DNA of 20,000 nucleotides from an uncultured virus (IMG/VR IMGVR_UViG_2808606651_000002). Its lineage: Duplodnaviria; Heunggongvirae; Uroviricota; Caudoviricetes. The notes under the pieces are model-generated. The model searched no databases. It saw only the letters and a program-made list of their open reading frames with translations, and was not told the origin of the DNA. This document shows positions 17,351 to 20,000 of this stretch, one piece after another. The DNA lies in IMG/VR virus record IMGVR_UViG_2808606651_000002, one strand, 5' to 3'. The number at the start of each line of letters is the position of its first letter. The first letter of the stretch is position 1. A program made the translations under genes and the position numbers.

Positions 17351-18028
17351 TTATCTAACTTTTTTTAATAATCCTGCTAATACTAATCCTAATGCACCTA
17401 AAAGACTTGATAAAATTGTTGTTGCTTCTCCTGTTTTAGCAAGTTCTTTTACTTCTTTAATTTCTGCTAATGTATTAGCATTTTGCAATTTTTGTCCTAA
17501 AACTTGTTTTTGTTCTGGTGTCAATTTATCTGTATTTTCAATAACACCTTTTAATTCATCTTTATCTTTAGTAATATCTACTACATTATTAAATTCTTTT
17601 AATGTTTTAGTATTATCTTTCTTATTTTCAAGAATATCTTTCTTATCTTCTTCAGCTTTCTTTTCTTCTTCTGGTTTTAATTCAGGTTTATTTTCTTTTT
17701 CTTTCTCTTTTTCCTTTTCTACTGCATCTTTTTCTTTTGGTTTTTCAGTTTCCTTTTCTTTGTCTTTTTCTTCTGGTTTTGGTTTATCATCAACTACTGG
17801 TGGTTGTTCTGGTGTAGTTGGTTCTGTTGGTTTAACCTCATCTTTAGGCTTTTCACCTTCTTCTTTTGGTTGTTCTGGTACTACTGGTTTATCATCAACT
17901 ACTGGTGGTTGTACATCTTCTACTGGTTTATTTACTACTTCATCATCAGAAGCCTTAACTACTCCTGTTCCACCTAACACTGCACTTGCGATAACTGTTG
18001 TTAAAATAATTTTTGTTGTTTTATTCAT
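17351..18028 (-). CDS. Pro/Glu/Lys-rich sortase-anchored surface protein (PrgC-like)
   Basis: Likely start MNKTTK at 18028 (GTGAGGA RBS) rather than 18082; signal peptide, QPPVVDDKP twice, KE-rich stalk, LAKTG anchor. Confidence 0.82.
   Translation of the reverse strand: MNKTTKIILTTVIASAVLGGTGVVKASDDEVVNKPVEDVQPPVVDDKPVVPEQPKEEGEKPKDEVKPTEPTTPEQPPVVDDKPKPEEKDKEKETEKPKEKDAVEKEKEKEKENKPELKPEEEKKAEEDKKDILENKKDNTKTLKEFNNVVDITKDKDELKGVIENTDKLTPEQKQVLGQKLQNANTLAEIKEVKELAKTGEATTILSSLLGALGLVLAGLLKKVR
17395..17443. repeat. 49-bp direct repeat, copy B
   Basis: Matches 14945-14993. Confidence 0.92.
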
Positions 18029-18105
18029 AATTGTTGTCCTCACTTTTTCTTTTTTTTTTATTTTTGCAAAAATAAAAAACATTAATATAATGTACCAATG
18101 CTTTT

Positions 18106-19359
18106 TTAATATAAATTTTCTATAACTTTTTGTTTTTTGTTTATGTAATCTTCTATTAACTTTTCCTTTTCCTTTTCATTAATTTTTGCGAAAGATACTA
18201 TTTCGCCTATCGTATCATAATCTTTATTTAACAATCCTTTTTCTTTAGCTTCTTGATCAGCTTGCAGAACTAACGCTAAAGAAGTAGAGGCTTGTGTTAT
18301 TAAAAATGATTTTTTTCTTTCTATTGTTTTTTGTTTCTTAACATTTTCAAACTTAAATTTCATTGAACCTTGAATCAACTGTTCCCATTTATCCCAATAT
18401 TTTAATTTTTCCTCTGTTTCAAATACTGAAAAATAACTATTTAATACCGATACTGATTTTTCTTTTAATCGTTTTGACTTTGAAATTTGCTTAAAAAATG
18501 AATTTGCTTTATCATCTCTCATTACTATTTCAAACCTGTTAAAGTTTAAATCAATTTCTTCATTTTCTTGTTGTAATTGTATTCCTTTTTTATAAAAACG
18601 TAAAAACAAATTACTTTTCTTACTTCCACAATAAATAGTCATTCCTTTTGAAACTCCATTTTTTGTTTCATGCATAAAATTAAAACTCTGAAATTTTGTA
18701 ACAATTAACTCATTATGTTCACGTATTTTTTTTTCTAACTCTTCTAGTTCAAATAAAGGTGAAAAATCATCAATAGCAATATCTAACCGAGTAATTTTAC
18801 CTTTATAAGCTATTACTGTATCAAAGAAATCAAAATAATCTTCTTCCTTTTCAAATAATAATTCATCTAAAAGCCTGCAACCCTCACCAGTTATTTGTAA
18901 ATTACAATGATTATAACTTTCATCACCAAAAAATAAATTAATTCCTTTATATTCTAAACAAAACTTATAATTATAAAATCTTTTTTCAGAATATACTATG
19001 TCATTTTCACTTATTCTTAATAATGTAGAAAACATATTAATAACATCTCTTTTTTCAAAATAACTTTTTCTCATTGCATAAAATGTACATTGAAACCAAT
19101 CCAAACCTATAAAAAGATTATCATTCACTTTATCAGTTATATCTACTACTTTAGATTTTACTGTTTTTTTAGTTTTTTCATATCTTTTTTTTAGTATTAA
19201 TTCTACAAACTCTAATCTATCAACAAAAATTATATTATTTTCTTTCTTAGTTGATAGATTAGACCTATCAATTAATTTTCTAAGTCCGATTTTTGAAATT
19301 TTATAATCTATAAAACTACAAAAATCATCACATTCAGAAATTGTAATATAATTTTTCAT
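18106..19359 (-). CDS. MOBT relaxase / Rep_trans replication initiation family (NicK/Orf20-like)
   Basis: LDWFQCTF, GEGCR, ITRLDIAIDD, GMTIYCGSKKS..FLRFYKK and RFEIVMRDDKA motifs; lies next to oriT. Confidence 0.93.
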   Translation of the reverse strand: MKNYITISECDDFCSFIDYKISKIGLRKLIDRSNLSTKKENNIIFVDRLEFVELILKKRYEKTKKTVKSKVVDITDKVNDNLFIGLDWFQCTFYAMRKSYFEKRDVINMFSTLLRISENDIVYSEKRFYNYKFCLEYKGINLFFGDESYNHCNLQITGEGCRLLDELLFEKEEDYFDFFDTVIAYKGKITRLDIAIDDFSPLFELEELEKKIREHNELIVTKFQSFNFMHETKNGVSKGMTIYCGSKKSNLFLRFYKKGIQLQQENEEIDLNFNRFEIVMRDDKANSFFKQISKSKRLKEKSVSVLNSYFSVFETEEKLKYWDKWEQLIQGSMKFKFENVKKQKTIERKKSFLITQASTSLALVLQADQEAKEKGLLNKDYDTIGEIVSFAKINEKEKEKLIEDYINKKQKVIENLY

Positions 19360-19434
19360 AAAGTATAATCCTTTTAAAGTAAAAATCGCTTTATATCAAC
19401 GTTTTAATCATTCACCATTTATACTTTTTTTATT

Positions 19435-19483
19435 TTAACCCCCCTTATTAGTTAGTTGGGGGTTAAGCGTGCCAAAGGCACGC
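19435..19483 (-). other. oriT / nic site of MOBT type
   Basis: Minus strand GCGTGCC-TTT-GGCACGC then TTAACCCCCAACTAACTAATAAGGGGGGTTAA. Same layout as the Tn916/ICEBs1 oriT (C-run, CTAA, G-run hairpin), directly upstream of the relaxase. Confidence 0.85.
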
Positions 19484-19580
19484 CTGCCTAGTAGCTTTTG
19501 CTTGTTTCGTCCTTGTTGCGTGCGGGCTTATCGCCCGTACTCACGTACTTACTCGCAAGCTACTTTTCGGCAGTTTTTTT
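19484..19580. other. GC-rich branched stem-loop next to oriT (single-strand origin or structured RNA)
   Basis: CTGCC/GGCAG, AGTAGCTT/AAGCTACT and GTGCGGGC/GCCCGTAC nested inverted repeats in otherwise AT-rich DNA. Confidence 0.55.
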
Positions 19581-19608
19581 ATTTTTTACCAACTAATAAT
19601 AATTTGTT

Positions 19609-19653
19609 AAATAAGAAGTTATATTGTTGTTTTAACTATATAACCTCTTATTT
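19609..19653 (-). terminator. 16-bp hairpin directly after the DUF961 gene
   Basis: Minus strand AAATAAGAGGTTATAT / ATATAACTTCTTATTT, fully paired with one G-U; short U tail. Confidence 0.55.
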
Positions 19654-19661
19654 TAAATTAA

Positions 19662-20000
19662 TTACTTTTTATCATTTCCAACTACTGCTGAACCTTTACG
19701 CTTAATATCTTCAGCAGAAATTTTATGTAAAAGGTCGATTCTTTCTAATTCACCTTGTTTTAATTCTACTGCTGATACTTTTAATGTTACTTCACCAACT
19801 AATTCAACTGGTGTATCAGGCTCAAAATTAACTTCTTTTAAGAAAACAACGTCAAAAGTTTCCCCTACTTTATCAGAATATAAAGTTACTATATACTCTT
19901 TTTGACCTGGAAATCCGTATCTATCTTTTGAACGTGATTTTGTAAATTTTAAATTACCTAACATCTTTTCTACATCAACTACTATTTTATTAAATCTCAT
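19662..20000 (-). CDS. DUF961 / YdcP (HelP) / Tn916 Orf22-Orf23-like OB-fold protein
   Basis: IVVDVEKMLGNLKF...YIVTLYSD...F..DTPVELV...ISAEDI resembles the family; position upstream of oriT and relaxase. The start sits at the window edge. Confidence 0.8.
   Translation of the reverse strand: MRFNKIVVDVEKMLGNLKFTKSRSKDRYGFPGQKEYIVTLYSDKVGETFDVVFLKEVNFEPDTPVELVGEVTLKVSAVELKQGELERIDLLHKISAEDIKRKGSAVVGNDKK

Larger units (their letters stand above)
1..20000 (-). mobile_element. Conjugation module of an integrative conjugative element (MOBT relaxase, TcpA-type coupling protein; Tn916/ICEBs1/ICE6013 superfamily); boundaries lie outside the window
   Basis: Co-directional set of DUF961, oriT, Rep_trans relaxase, TcpC/D/E-like, VirB4, FtsK coupling protein, VirB6-like and cell-wall hydrolase genes. 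No integrase seen, so ICE rather than plasmid is an inference from family. Confidence 0.9.

Noticed and set aside
17770..17940. Repeated GGTTTATCATCAACTACTGGTGGTTG units considered as CRISPR or iterons
   Set aside because: Only two full copies, in frame, encoding QPPVVDDKP; no cas genes.
17760..18125. Plus-strand 121-aa Gly/Ser/Cys-rich ORF resembling a bacteriocin or RiPP precursor
   Set aside because: It is the reverse complement of the Pro/Glu repeats; no RBS or modification enzymes nearby.
18106..19359. Rep_trans gene as a rolling-circle plasmid replicase
   Set aside because: Context (Tn916-type oriT, DUF961, full T4SS) fits a MOBT relaxase better, although it may also support ICE replication.
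19381..19405. Imperfect dyad AAAATCGCTTTATATCAACGTTTT downstream of nic
   Set aside because: Could be an accessory binding site, but too degenerate to call.
19469..19705. Plus-strand 78-aa ORF
   Set aside because: Runs across the oriT-associated hairpins; open by chance in GC-rich structured DNA.

Overview
The whole window is the core of an AT-rich Firmicutes conjugative element with a MOBT (Rep_trans) relaxase, almost certainly an ICE of the Tn916/ICEBs1/ICE6013 superfamily. It is read almost entirely on the minus strand (20000 to 1). Order: DUF961/HelP-like gene; a structured intergenic region with a Tn916-type oriT; MOBT relaxase; three sortase-anchored surface proteins (PrgC-like Pro-rich, PrgA/Sec10-like surface exclusion, antigen I/II or PrgB-like adhesin); two paralogous small ORFs; ssb; TcpC/ConB, TcpD/ConC and TcpE/ConD homologues; VirB4 ATPase; FtsK-type coupling protein; two small membrane proteins; a YddJ-like lipoprotein with its own promoter and terminator; ConG/VirB6-like protein; two paralogous XRE regulators; a small membrane ORF; one opposite-strand membrane gene with its own promoter; and the 5' part of an M23 cell-wall hydrolase missing from the ORF track. 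No integrase or att site lies in the window. Most notable: (1) six terminator-like hairpins interrupt the co-directional transfer operon, some with no room for a downstream promoter, suggesting processive antitermination; (2) a split direct repeat (anchor plus signal peptide) brackets the surface-exclusion gene as an exchangeable cassette; (3) there are three separate tandem paralog pairs. All family assignments come from motif recognition by eye, not from database searches.
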